Part shown: positions 46,546-60,290 of the stretch, in pieces
Layout: every line of letters starts with the position of its first letter
Numbering within the stretch: the stretch's first letter is position 1
Source: Bugula neritina
Taxonomy: Eukaryota > Animalia > Bryozoa
Assembly: GCA_964035545.1 (NCBI GenBank)
Contig: OZ037770.1
Location: 7,570,973 to 7,634,972, forward strand
Length of the DNA: 64,000 bases
Reading direction: 5' to 3'
The notes under the pieces: generated by a model
What the model was told of the DNA's origin: nothing
Database searches by the model: none
Seen by the model: the letters and a program-made list of their open reading frames with translations, nothing else
Position numbers and translations under genes: made by a program

Positions 46546-49500
46546 TCATGTATCAGAAGAGAGAAGTGTAGTCTTAGAGATCATGTTCACACAACCTGCA
46601 ACATCAACAGATTGCGACAACATGCTACTACCGGTACTACTACTACTACCACTACTACTACTACTACTACCATTACTACTACCACTACTACTACTACCAC
46701 TACTACTACTACTACCACTACCACCACCACTACTACCACCACTACTACCACCACTACCACCACTACTACTAATACTACTACTACTAATGTTACTACTACT
46801 ACCATTATTACTACTACTACTACCGTTGCAACTACTACTATGACTACCGCTGCTACTGACAATCTCCACTAGCATTAACAAACCTTATTACTAGTTATAC
46901 TTGGACTGCAACGAGCATTACCTTTGACAACTCGCAGAAGGGATTCCACAGATGATTCTTTATTTTCATTCGGTCTGTTACCACTTGGGACATGCAACTC
47001 AAAATCTGGCTTATAATCCATTATACTCTACAGATAGAAGCACGGGAAACATAACGCAGGCTATAAAGTGAGACCAGGTGTTATCTATTTAATTTTGAAT
47101 CACAAGAATACTGACCTCAAGGTCATCGGGAATGTCATTGGGTAGAGATAGCCTGAGTGCACATGCTGTAAGTAGAGTCCAGACCCGGGCTGTGTTAGTG
47201 AAGTTGTAGCCTCCTGTAAAAGGTAATAATGCCGAGTGATATGATTGCTCTCCGCGCACCACATATAGCTGCATGTAGAGTCCATCCAATGTTATACAGT
47301 TTATTACATTCTATTACCGCATCAGTTAAATCATTACTATTACATTTACTTGTATGAAATAGGTTGTGATTGCGAGTTCAAGCCATTGGTGATGTAGGAA
47401 GAGCATACAACCATAGACTGCATGTTGAGAGACATGTCATTAGCCTTATTAAACATGAATGATAAACAGCTCTGCAGTTTGTCATGTAACCCAAACTATG
47501 TTATAATAATTAGAGATTGTCTGTAGAACACAACTAATACAGCTATAATAATACAGCTGACGGAGTGATGCTGCTGAAAGACAGTAAGCCATTAGCTTCG
47601 TAATGAACTCAGCTCACAACGTTGAGCTATATAAAGAGTACCACCACGCAACATCCTACACGGATGCTGTCGGCAGGTTGTAGTAAAATGGTGTACTCAA
47701 GTACCAATATGGCTGCTCCTTCCTTCTCATATGAACCAAGCGCGATAATATTTTTAGAACAAACTATTTAAAAACATTGAAAAAAAATTTTCACATTAGA
47801 TTTAACCCTTCTAGAAACTATTCATTTATTAATAAATATTGACATAGAATATTTACACTGATATTTCTTCCATAGTGATGATTGGAATATTAATGCAAAT
47901 ACTATACATGTACATTAGTTTTGAATCTTAGTAAATAAAGAGGGTTCAAAATATTAGTTTGAACACAAGAAAGTCTTGAAGGGGGTAGGATACTCACCCC
48001 CTCCGAGTAATAAGGTGGGCAGATTTAAAGCTAGAACAGACTCTACACAGCGTACATAGGCATCACTGCTGAGATTGAATGAATCCATTTCGTCGTATGC
48101 CAGCCCATCAGCACCACACTGACACACTATGGCCTCAGGCTCAAACCTTTCACACACCATTTGGAAGACACTACAAGATGTAGAAAATGGATTAGGTCGG
48201 CATATTATGACCGTATAAGACATTTATAACAAGGTAATAAACCCTATTATAAAATCATTCAAAGGCAAAAAACACAACCTCAGCTTATACACAATAATTG
48301 AACATTACATAATAAAATGAATAGCTAAAATAATTAAACTTGATGGCAATACTTGATGGTAGTTAAAGGTTGGTGCCTGTGGTGAGACAATGAATGTACT
48401 AGAAGCTACAAAAATGTGAGAGACTGGAGCAAATATTGCAAACTATAAAACACAGCAAACAATAGTGAACAGTTGTGAGTAGTAGTGAGTAGTGAAGAAC
48501 AGTGAAAAAAGAGAATTGGAGATAGTTATAACAATAACTCTTTCCCAACTCTAACGCCACTGCGCTGTTAGCACTAGACACTACTATTACTCTTATTACC
48601 ACTGCCACTGTTACTAGTTAAAACTACCATACTCATACTATTACTGGTACTGATACTACTACTAACCACCTGACTATCTGTTTATATATGACTACTGTTA
48701 TTACTCATTTCTCTCTCAGCTAGTGTAAATAGTAAAGTTGGTGAACTCAGAAAATACTGATCGGAGCATGAAATATTATCAAACCACGCACAAGCTGTAA
48801 GCAATAGCATATATTATACCTCTGAAACAAACGAACATATTGCTGAGTGGTTATACCATCTTTTAGAGGAATGTTTAGGCTGTAGTACAATCCTTTACCA
48901 TCACCTACATCCTGCATCTTCCCAGACCCTGTATGGTAAGTCAATACAAAACATGATGTTTACTTACACATTTACATTTGACACTGTGTCACTGCGTTGC
49001 TTACTTACCAAACAATTTATTTATCATATAAACATTTCAAGACGTGTACAAAGAGGAGAGGTGTATGAAAGCACTAACCACATTATACACAACAACTAGG
49101 CTAGCAGAAGGACATAAACCAACTAATGTATGCCGGAACACAACATATACTGACTGAGTATCTGTATGTCAAGGAAATATGGCCACTAAATTAAAACTCA
49201 CTACTGGTAGAACACTTGAAAGCAATTGCCTCACCTACTGAGCATTTCATTTGTGTTGCCTTGAAGCTGCACAAGTGCAGGCTTTACTTGAGGCAACATT
49301 TCTCCAACCTTAAATGTTGAAGCAAACTTCAACGAATTAACAGCTGCTCTCATCTTCACAATAATTAATGTAAACACGGCACTCAGTTTCACATTGACTG
49401 AATGGTGGACGAGAATCTAATTTCCGCTTTATAATAACTGTTGTGAACACTTGATTAATTTTACCAAATGTGTGCATTAGTATACATTTTTGAACAAAAA

Positions 49501-52246
49501 TGTTTAAAGCCTGTTGAAATTAAAGTTAAAACATAATATTCATAGAGCATTTATAGTATAGAGAATACCAGTTTACCTGGATAGAATCCAGGTGAGTATT
49601 TATGTATAGATAAAGTATAAACTTTGTTTGTTGTATAAAATGCATCTTCAACACCTGCAAGTATACATGACACTGTATTATAATTACATTATATTATCAG
49701 TTTATATCATATTATTAATTTATAATATATTATTACAGTAGTTGCTATTATATTAGTAGTTCATTACTCACCATCACCATGATGAAGATCTAAGTCTACA
49801 TATAAAACCCGCTCAAACTTCTCCCTCAACTTCTGTATGGCCAGGACTACGTCATTTATATAGCAGAAACCAGCAGCTTCAAATCTATAGCAAATACATT
49901 GCAATATGGGGCTAAATAACGGCATCAGAAGAAACCTGTTATTATTATATTAGATGTTACATCAGCTCAAGGTAGGGTGAGAAGAAACTAACTTATAGAG
50001 TACAAATTCACAGCATCTATCAGATATGAGATTTAATAGAAAATATAATGCAAGGGAAAGCAGCAAATTATATGTCAGAGTTTAGTAAACAGTAGATACC
50101 GCTTAGCATGGTGCCAGCCACCACACCAGTTGATGGCCACTTCTACTTGCTTATTAATGAGAGATTCTGCAGCCATTACAGATGCACCAGCTATGAGAGA
50201 GCAGTTATCAAACATTCCCTCCTCCACAGGACAGTCATAGCCTGTAAGATTGGTTATATCATATAGCAGCTGGTCAGTATACACACATGTTTACTACAGA
50301 CACATTACATACACATGTTTACTACAGACACATTACATACACATGTTTACTACAGACACATTACATACACATGTTTACTACAGACACATTACATACACAT
50401 GTTTACTACAGACACATTACATACACATGTTTACTACAGACACACTACATACACATGTTTACTACAGACACATTACATACACATGTTTACTACAGACACA
50501 TTACATACACATGTTTACTACAGACACACTACATACACATGTTTATTACAGACACACTACATACACATGTTTACTACAGACACATTACATACACATGCTT
50601 ACTACAGACACATTACATACACATGTTTACTACAGACACATTACATACGCATGTTTACTACAGACACATTACATACACACATGTTCTAGCAGGGTAGCAG
50701 ACAGGTCTGTGATAGATAGTAAAGAAAGGCTGCATTGTAGATACGGTGGAGTAATTTTCTTAAATGAATCTTGGTGTCAACTTGATAAAATTTAAATGTT
50801 TAAATGAGTGTTGAAAACATTTGTGTACTAGACTACGACTACAGTAAAAGCAATGGCAAAGGAAAATTTGCACTCTCCCAGTTTAAAAGTGCAATAAACT
50901 CTCCAAACTAGCGTTTCACTAGATTTATATTACAATTTCATTAAAAATAACCATTTGAATGACTCACGAATATAATTTCAAATAACAGCAAATATAAACA
51001 GAAATGTAACAGCATTCACAACTTAATGTTGGTTTGAAGTATATTGGCTATAACATAGAGATATAGTATATAGCTTCAATATAGACTCACCAAGTCCGTA
51101 CTCTTCCATTACCTCCTTGTCTATCTTTTCTGGGTCATCTTCTGCACACAAATTGTAGAAGTTTTCTAAATAGTCTTCGGAATGAAAGCTGGAGAGAGCA
51201 GACATAGTCAGTCCTTTGGGTTCAATAATCCTGTGACACAGTTATTATAATTATTATTGTATTATTTTATAGCAACACCTAAAAGTATGGACCAGTACAT
51301 ACTAGTATGGGTTTATCAGTTGCACATAACAAATACCTAAATGTAATCCTAGCGAAACATGAATTTAACATGGTATAAATCTGCCACAAGTACTTATATC
51401 AGGTAACTAAAATGCTTTTGTGAAAGAATGGAAGAGAGCAAGAGATGTCCCCATGTAAATTCTGCCACACGAACACAGCACTGCTATACTGTATTATATA
51501 CAATCACATTACTTAACCTTGGGTCACATGGAACACAGTTATTTGCGCTGATATCGTGCAGGATGAATATTGCAAAAAATTCTTGCGGTAGCAATCTAGT
51601 TAACTGATCACTAATTAGTGATACCAGTCTTCTTGTTTCAGTTTTACGTTTTTACGATTTCAAAATGAAATAATTTATAGCTTGGGCAGTAAAGCCATTG
51701 GCAATTACGATTAAACACTTGAGTTTCAATCTTGCTGACAATGCAGTGTGTAACGGGTAACTCATATGTTGTAACTTAGCACCCAAAATATTACCCCATG
51801 TGGCCTGAGTTTAAAGGAAGTGTTCTAGTTGTGAGAAAAACAGAGCTCACCTCAGATGTTCATGCAACCCATATGCCCTGATGAGCTCAGCACAAAGTAG
51901 AGCCTGCAATTACAAGATAGAGCATGCAGAACCACAGGTGAACCGACAGACATAACAGAAGTGCCAGGGATTACAAGATACACAAGAAATAAAATATAAT
52001 CGGCAAACAGAGATCAGACAATGAGAAGGTTGAACAATTTAATGTGATAACCATGAACACATTTTACACTTTCTACATTGTCTCAAATACAGCAAGAAAA
52101 TATGTAACATAATATTAGCACTGTGATACAATCACTATTACCCTGCCATGTATACGAGGTAACGAGTTACAAGCTTCTACTAGCTGTGGACTGTATGCAT
52201 ACCCAACCGTTCTAGACACGGAATGTTGAAGGTTACCACTTGCCAT
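46546..52246 (-). CDS. HDAC8: Histone deacetylase 8 (class I)
   Basis: Exons (minus strand): 52246-52142, 51903-51851, 51230-51091, 50241-50100, 49884-49772, 49654-49577, 48928-48820, 48170-47998, 47213-47116, 47027-46922, 46595-46546 (last exon less certain). Motifs: [70 protein letters not shown]. Confidence 0.93.
46625..46858. repeat. (ACT/ACC)n trinucleotide repeat filling the last HDAC8 intron
   Basis: Directly visible. Confidence 0.93.
47363..47420 (+). mobile_element. Diverged copy of the same SINE family in HDAC8 intron 8
   Basis: gagttcaagccattggtgatgtaggaagagcat matches the reverse complement of about 52702-52745. Confidence 0.55.
50280..50684. repeat. Minisatellite, 28-bp unit, ~14 copies, HDAC8 intron 3 near the acceptor
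   Basis: Unit acacatgtttactacagacacattacat. Confidence 0.96.
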
Positions 52247-52635
52247 CTCCTAAAACCACCAATAAAGAAATGACAAAACTAAAGAAACAATACTGTGTTG
52301 CAAAACAAATAAAAATTCTCACTAAGGTCAACTAATGACTGTTTTATTTACATGTCTTATGCAATATAACTGAGCTACAAAAACAAACACCAAGTTATTT
52401 AGATTATTTTGGTCAGCAACAAATAAAATTATCCAATCCTGCAAATAACAATAAAGAAGTAGTAAACCGTTAGCTATCAACGACGTTACATTACTCCTGC
52501 AAATAAAAATACCTACTAAAAAGAAAATTGAAAAACTTATCAACTGTTAAAAACAGCAAGATGTGGCAATAAACAGTTTATTTAATTTTTAAAGAAAGTT
52601 AATTTTTGCATCATCAGATTCCCAACTATAAGATA

Positions 52636-52803
52636 GAAAGGGTTTTTGTTAAAGCGGGCCAAGGACTTATTTAAATGAGGCACGGGAGCAATTATGACTG
52701 GATGCTCTTCCTAACATCACCAATGGCCTTTGTCAGGGCTCGAACCCATGACCTTCGTGTTTACTAGACAAACGCTCTAACCCCTAGACCACGGCTGCTC
52801 CCT
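52636..52803 (-). mobile_element. tRNA-derived SINE with Pol III A and B boxes
   Basis: The reverse complement reads gggagcagccgTGGTCTAGGGGttagagcg...gGGTTCGAGCCCtg followed by a conserved body. Confidence 0.8.
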
Positions 52804-52965
52804 TTCAGATATAAATTTCCTTAATGATTCAAGTCTTTGCAAACAAGAAAACTTTGCTGAAAATGTTTGTTTTTGGCCATGTATAAATAACTAATTAGCC
52901 ATTCATAGAGGAAACAAATTTAAATTATTATCATTATGCAGTCATGAAAAAAAATTACACAAAAT

Positions 52966-53239
52966 TGTTGTATTATAATGTACTGGCTACAATGTGTAAT
53001 GCGCATGACATTGCATCATGCAGTTATGTAACCTGTTTGGTAAATATTATTGTAGTTGTGCTGTTTTCCTTTATGTCCTAAATCCCCTTTATCTTTGTGG
53101 TTTTGCAAGCAACCAGTGTGGTCAATGTAACAGACACACTAATTGTATATATTGTCAGTCTTGAAGAAATGTTTGCAGTGATTAGTTGTGCTTTCTAAAT
53201 AAAGAGATTTCACTGAACTTTAGATATAATTCTATTACA
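52966..53239 (+). mobile_element. Putative 5' LTR of the downstream Gypsy element
   Basis: TG(ttgta)...aataaa...(tatta)CA immediately upstream of the gag ATG at 53271; no matching 3' LTR found. Confidence 0.45.
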
Positions 53240-53270
53240 AGCTATTTTGGCATTCATCAGTGGTAGAAAA

Positions 53271-56200
53271 ATGGCAGTCAGGGTGTCGGACTTAGTGTGA
53301 AATTATGAGAACAGTTCAGTTAGTGAAGACTTTACTGAGTGGTGTAAGAAGCTGGAGCTAGTATCAAAGTTGCAAAAAGTAGATCTTACGCCGTTCTTGC
53401 CATTATTTTTGGCAGGTCCGGCATTTGCTGTGTATAAACAGTTTTCAGAAGATGTTGATTCAGTCCTTTCGAAGTTAAAAGATGAGCTGATGACGTCATT
53501 CTGTGACAGCAGTTACTGTGTTTACGATCAACTTAGATCAAAAAGTCTAAAAGAAGGTAAAGGTGTAGATGTCTATGTAGCTGATAGGTCAGAAAACTCT
53601 AGAGCCTTTAGTGAAATATGCATTTATTGCTGGTTTGCCAGTGGATGTTGCTACACAAATAAAATCTGTCGCTGCTGTTGAAAAGTTGAGCTTAGAAGAA
53701 TTAGTTGGTAGAGCTAGAATAATGTTATCAATAGCAACCGTAGATACTTTGACACCTTGTGCTGCTGGTAAGAACAATACTAGAAAGTGTTTTAAATGTT
53801 TTTCACAGCATCATTGAGCTAGGAACCGCAACACTGAGAAAAGTCAAAATGGGAACATGAATGCTAATCGAAATGCCAATAATCAACAGCAGTACAGAAG
53901 ATGGAGCATTCAGTGCTATACTTGTGAAGCTTGGGGGCATATTAGTAGGAATTGCCCACAGGAAAACGGCGTTGGGGCAGTGTCAGCACCGGATGCTCAC
54001 CTCAACAACTACATTACAATTCGGGGCTACCACTAATAACTTTAAATGTAAACGGTGTGAATATAAAATCACTAGTAAATAGTGGTTGTGAACGATTGGT
54101 AGTTTTAGAAAGAGTTTGTAATCAAATAGGAGTTGCACCATGCGGTCCAGAACGGAGGGTTCTAATGCTAAATGGACAGATAACTAAATGTGGGGGTGAA
54201 GTTTAATTAGCAGTGCAGGGTAAAAATCGTAATCTTTCTGTAAAATTAATAGCTCCAATGTTAGTAGGTGGTTGCTCTTTAATTTTGGGAATAGGTGCTA
54301 TTAGTAAATTAGGTGGTGTGACAATTACTAGGAATAAGCAGGTAAAGTTTCCTGCAGTTGAACCAACAATAGAAGTTGGTAAAGTTAGTGCTGTTAGTGT
54401 AGGTGTAGGGGTAGATAAATTCGATAGGACATTAACTAGTAATAGTGCAGGTGAACTTTTTGTTTGTGACACTGACTTTAATGCTAAATTTTATAGTAAA
54501 AAATGAATAGTAAGGTGGAAATGGGAGAATGGTGAGCTGACATTACAGAACCAATGTAATCAGTACGCTGTAAAAGACAAATTCAAACAGAGTTACCATG
54601 AGCAGATTCAGCAATGGAATAGTGATGGATGGCTACAATTATATGACAACAAAATGCACGGTACAGTCACTGGAATTGTACCATTGATGACTGCTGCTCA
54701 AACAAATAAACCAACCCAGGTCCAACCTGTTATGGATTATAGTAGAGAACTCAACAAATACATCTACAGTAAGCCCAGTGGTGACACTGCCAGTTGTAGG
54801 AAAAATTGAAGAAATGGAGATTACTAGGTGACAATGCCAGTTTGCTGGACTTGAAAAAAGCTTACTTACAACTTCATATGGATAGTGATTTGCAAAAGAT
54901 TAAAGCTGTATGGTATGAGGGTAAGATCTATGTGATGACTAGGTTAGGTTTTGGTTTAAATGTGGCACTTAAAATCATGGCAAAATTTTATCTACAGTGC
55001 TGGCTCAAGATGACACCATGGGCAAAGGTACTGATAGTTATATAGATGACATTATAGATGATGAGACTGTTGTTTCTGTAGAAGTAGTCTGAAATCATTT
55101 GTTGAAGTTTGGTTTGGTATCTAAGGAACCAGAGAAACTGAGTAATGCCTGAGCTTTAGGGCTAAGGGTTAGAGAAGGGTGTAGAGGTGGCATGTCATAT
55201 TACAGCTGGCAGCATGATGGTGAGCTCCTATATCTTGAGTCAAATAGCAATATAAGCAAGCACGAGCTGTTTTCAGTGTGTGGTAAATTGATTGGACATT
55301 TTCCTGTAGCAGGGTAGTTTAGGGTAACATGCAGTATTATGAAAAGGTTGACGCAATCAAATATGTGGGATAGTGCTGTGTCTGACCACGTCTAAAAGAT
55401 GTTGTTAGAAACATTAGATAGAGTTGCAAAATCTGATCCTGGGAAAGGAAAGTGACATGTGGCAATTACTGATACAGGCACTGTATGTTGTGATGCAAGC
55501 AGTTTGACAATAGGGGTGTCTGTGCAAATAGATGGCCAGATAGTGGAGAATGATTCATGAATGAGAAAACCCAATGATTGCGCCCACATCAAGGTAGCGG
55601 AGTTGGAAGCTGTGGTAAAAGGCTTAAATTTGGCTTTAAAATGAAATTTATGCAGCAATGTAGTGAAAACAGATTCAATGTCAGTATTCAGGTGGGTGAC
55701 ATCCGCCATCAATCATAGTGTTAGACCAAAGGTTCATGGCATGAATGCGATGATTGTGAAACAAAGAATAGGTCTCATAGTGGAACTGATAGAAGAGTAC
55801 AAACTGAAACTGAAAATAAATTTGGTGAAATCAGCTGAGAATTGGGCAGATGCTCTGACATGGGTGAGTTCGGCATGGCTTAGTAAGCACATAACCTGTG
55901 CAAGTGTAGGTGTGACAACTCCTGATGTAGCTGACCTGAAGGATGAAATAGCCAAGCTGCATGGAATGAATCATTTGGGCATTGAAAGAACATTTTATCT
56001 AGCTAAATGTAAGTTTGGAGGAGGTATAGACAAAGAGTTAGTTGGAAGAGTAGTTAAAGAATGTGCTGTGTGTAGAAGTATTGATCCTTCTCCAGTGCAG
56101 TGGAAAAGAGGAGTTCTGGAAGTCAATGAGAACTGGTATAGGCTGGCAATGGATGCGAGTCATTATAATCGTGTACCATACGTGACTATTATCGACTGTA

Positions 56201-56965
56201 GTCCAAAAAGATTCACTTTGTGAATAAAGTTGCAAAATGAGACTGCCGACTGTTGCAAATCACTTACTAAAGGTGTTTCAGCAACATGGTCCACCGACAG
56301 CGTTACTGTTAGATAACAGACCATGCTTCAGAAGTGACAGATTGAAACAGTTACATAAGCAGCGGGATGTACAGCATATATTTAGCTGTGCTTATAGAGC
56401 ATCTGGGAATGGTATTTTAGAGCGCAACCACAGGACTATAAAAAGAATGGCAGCTCAAACTAGATCCTCAATAGAAAATATGGTATTTTGGTACAACACT
56501 TTATATAATAACAATGTAGCACCCTCACAAAGCTCATGCAGCTATAATGTAAAGTTGCCTAAAATATCACCATCAACAATAAGCAAGCCTACAGACATTA
56601 AGAAAAATCCCTACAATGTAGGAGACAAAGGTTATATAAAGCTTGTGAATTTCAAGTGCACGATTGCATGGCCACAGGGAACGATTACTAGGGTTGTGTC
56701 GAACACTGCGGTCATGGTAGATAGTATGACACGACATATAAGTGATGTTCGATTGGCTAATACAGGGAACAGCGAAAGTGGTGAGGTTTCGTCTAGTACA
56801 AAACAGCGATCTCAGGTATATGGAGACATTGAAATTAACCTGAGGTCAAATAATGCTGATGAGAATGCGGATGCAAATAGAGTTGTGAATGGCGAAAAAG
56901 TTGAGGAAGGTGAAAGTGTAGAAGAATTGATTGACTGGCCAGTAAGAGATAGACGGCCAGATGGC
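53271..56965 (+). mobile_element. Decayed Gypsy/Ty3 LTR retrotransposon (gag-PR-RT-RH-IN)
   Basis: gag DFTEWCKKLELV..LFLAGPAFAVY, CCHC knuckles (CYTCEAWGHISRNC), protease LVNSGC, RT LDLKKAYLQ..RLGFGLN..YIDDI, RNase H CDASS, integrase HLGIERT..CAVC, LLLDN..GNGILERNHRTIK. Many stops and frameshifts. Confidence 0.9.
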
Positions 56966-59355
56966 TTTTAGGCACTGCGAGCAACCAGGAGAAACTGTTG
57001 ACCAATCTGTTAGGTCTCTAAATGACACAGCGGAGAGGTGTGATTTCTCCAATAGACTGAAGCAAATGAGGGATAGGATTGTGGTAGGGATCATGGTCAC
57101 TAACTGCATCCGTAAAATGCAGAAAAAGAACATTGAAGATTTGACTGAAGAAGTTGGCATAAATATGGCCAGGCAGTTTGAGAAAGTTGACAAGAACATT
57201 AAAGACTTGATAGAAAGTCATAACCATGGAAGTACTAGTAGTACTTCAGTAGATGCTGTCTCCAAAGTCACTTGTATTGGCATTCACGCAAACAAGTCTT
57301 AGAAGCACAACTCTAGGAGTAACAGTACTAGGCAAAATAATAATACTCCCTGTAGCTGATGTGGTTATGCTAACCACACAAGAGGGACATGCCTTGTTAG
57401 AGATTGCAAGTGTAAGCGCTGTGGTAAACTTGGACACTATGCAAGTTCAGCAAGTAGAAGAAGTGAACACTATATTTCCGGAGAGTAATGTAGGAGTGTG
57501 AACCAAGACTATTGCTGTAGACAAGCTTGACTATCCAGTTCACTTCAAACTGGTGCAGATGTTTTCATACTTCCTCAAATGCTATGTTCTAAGGTGCCAT
57601 TAGTTGAGACTAAGAAACAGTTTGTAGGCCCAGTTAACCTTAGAATACAAGTTGTAGGACGTTTTAATGCTAAACTTTCTGTAGACAATGTTACTCACAC
57701 TGAAACTATCTATGTTTTAAACCAAACAAAAGCCTAGCTAAATCGAAATGCCTGTGTTTAGCTAGGGTCAATTTCATGTACGAGTGATGTAGATTCTATT
57801 ACTAATGTTACTGACAACTCTGTATTTTGTGGATAATTCCCGAAACTTTTTAGTGGCGTAGGTAAAATAAACCATACCGTAGGTATAGAGTTGCGTTCTG
57901 AGTGTAAACCATTTTCTATTAGCACCCCTCGTTTAGTCCCCTATCCTTTGTTATTTGGTGTTAAGCAGGAGTTGAGTGATATGGTTGCAAAAGGAGTAAT
58001 TTCTCTAGTCACTGAGCCCACAGACTGGTGTGCTCCCATGGTCGTAGTCTCCAAGGCTAATCAAAATGTGAGAATCTGAGTTGAATAAAGTTGTTTGTAA
58101 AGATGTACACCCCATAGCTCATGCTGAGTCAAGTCTCGCCAAGCTTGGTAATATTAACTTTTTTATAAGCTAGAATGTTGACTACATTCATGTCTCCGTT
58201 TGGTAGAGTTGCTTTTACTCGTTCACCTTTTGAGTTGTTATCTAGTCCAGAATTTTACTGCAAAATTGTTTAACCGGTTTCGTAACGTGGACGGTGTTTG
58301 CATTTGGGATAAATCTTAAGAAGAACATGATAGTCCTGTCCGTGCTGTTTTGCGTAGGATGGCTGTTGCTGGTATAACTTTGAATGTTGAGAAATATAAG
58401 CTTTCTCGTAGCAGCATTAAGTTTTTTGGTCATGTGATATGTTCTTCTGTGGCATTCATGCTAATCCCAAAGCAATTCAGAGTATAAAAATTGTTCACTT
58501 GGAATGGCGAATCAGTTTAGTAAGTTCCCCACAAAGTTAGGTGAATACAACGTCGTGTTGAACTCGCTCCCTATAGCCCTTAGCTTGAAACACTTATTCA
58601 CACTGATTCTTCTCAATGTGATATAGGTGCTGCTTTGTTCCAATTTCAAGACAATGGCAAGTTACGCCTAGTCTGTGCTGCTTCTCGTGCACTCAGTGAG
58701 ACAGAGAAGAGGTATGCTACCATAAAGCAAGAAGCGTTAGCAATTGTTTTGGCTTGTGAGAAGTTTAGAAATTATATTGTTGGCTTTAGAGTGGTTAGTA
58801 AAATTGATCACAAACTATCAGTTCCCCTCTTGAATGATATTAAGCTTGACAGAAATCCTGAACGTATTCAACGATTTAAAATGTGTCCAATGAGGTTCCA
58901 ATATAAGGTAGAACACATTTCTGGAAAGAAAAATGTTATCGCAGATGCCCTCTCAGTGAGGCTGATGTTATGTTCATAGAAGAACTAGAGTGCTTCGCTG
59001 TGTCAACATTGTATAATACTGCCACTTCTACTCGCTTGAAAAAGTTGAAAGTTCAACAATAGAATGATGAAGTCGTATCTCGTGTCCTCCAATATATGAG
59101 GTCTGGTTGGCCCACAGAATTGCTTTCTCACGAAATTTGGTTGCACCTCTATTTTGAATGTAGATTTAGACTTCCTACAATTGATGATGGTTTAGTTGAC
59201 AGTCGTATTGTCATTCCCAATGGCGAACATCCAGCTGTGCTTGACAAAATTCATAGTGAACACTTAGGCATAATCAAATGTAGAGCTAGGGTTGTAGTCA
59301 GTCTGGTGGCCCAATATGTCACGACAAATTGCAGAGACGGTTCAGAAATGTGAAT
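56966..59355 (+). mobile_element. Second decayed Gypsy element (Mag-like), 5'-truncated
   Basis: gag QPGETVDQ..AERCDF..RDRIVVGI, RT start EPTDWCAPMVVVSK, RNase H ASRALSETEKRYATIKQEALAI..ISGKKNVIADALS, integrase Zn finger IHSEHLGIIKCRAR. Confidence 0.85.
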
Positions 59356-59619
59356 CCTGAATCTTAAATTACAGCCATATTTTTAATTTTTTTCGACAGC
59401 AATAAGCGAAAAAACTTTTGCAAACAAAATTTAGTGCAATACTTTGACTAATTAACAGAAACTGCATGGCATAACTTAAGCTGTAAAAATAACGTCTTTA
59501 AGCTGGATTAAACTAAGACATAGCAATTTTATGGGATTTTAAAAGCATACATAACTTTTTTGGTTTACCACCATAACATAACCTACTCAAATTCCAATGA
59601 ATGGAGGGGGGGGGGGGGG

Positions 59620-60290
59620 TTTAAGTCAATACAGAATGTTTGGGATACGGAGACTGTATCACAAAACTGGAAAGATGCAAGCATTGTCTCACTATTTAGG
59701 AAAGGTGATAAAAAAAAGTGTGGGAATTATTGGGGCATATTCCTTTTATTCATTGAAGGCAAGATTTTTTACCACATACTATTTAATCAGCTAAATATAC
59801 ATATTACCCCAAAGGTGTGATCGGAATCTCGATGTGGATTCAGAAGTGGAAGAAGTACATTAGACATGGTTTTCTGCTTGAAGCAAGTGCAAGAAAAATG
59901 CATTTGCAATACACAAAATAGGCCACACTACAAAATATTTTTTGACTTCAGTAAGGCACTTGACACTGTGTCTAGAGCAGACTTTTGGCAGGTCCTTAAA
60001 AAGGTTTGCTGTACAGAAAAATTCACCAGCATTATTGAAGCATCTCATACAGGCATGCAAGCAAATGTAGCAATGATTATGCAGTAACAAATGGAGTCGA
60101 GCATGGTGTGTAGTAGTGCCAACACTTTCTCTACTTTACCTGTCAGCAATGCTTGAAGTTACCTTTGAAGACAGGGTATATGTAAAGCTAGAAAAAAGGC
60201 AGACTGGTATACCTCATTTCAAGTCTAAAACTGAAACCACTACTGAGTTAGTGGGAGACTTGCTATTTGCTGGCACAACTAAGCATTTTT
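59620..60290 (+). mobile_element. RTE-clade LINE RT fragment, decayed
   Basis: WKDASIVSLFRKGDKKKCGNYWGI..GKIF; ESRCGFRSGRSTLDMVFCLKQVQEKC; FFDFSKALDTVSR; DLLFA. Confidence 0.85.

Noticed and set aside
52700-52803. tRNA gene
   Set aside because: A and B boxes are present but there is no complete cloverleaf acceptor stem, and it continues into a body shared with other dispersed copies, so it is a SINE.
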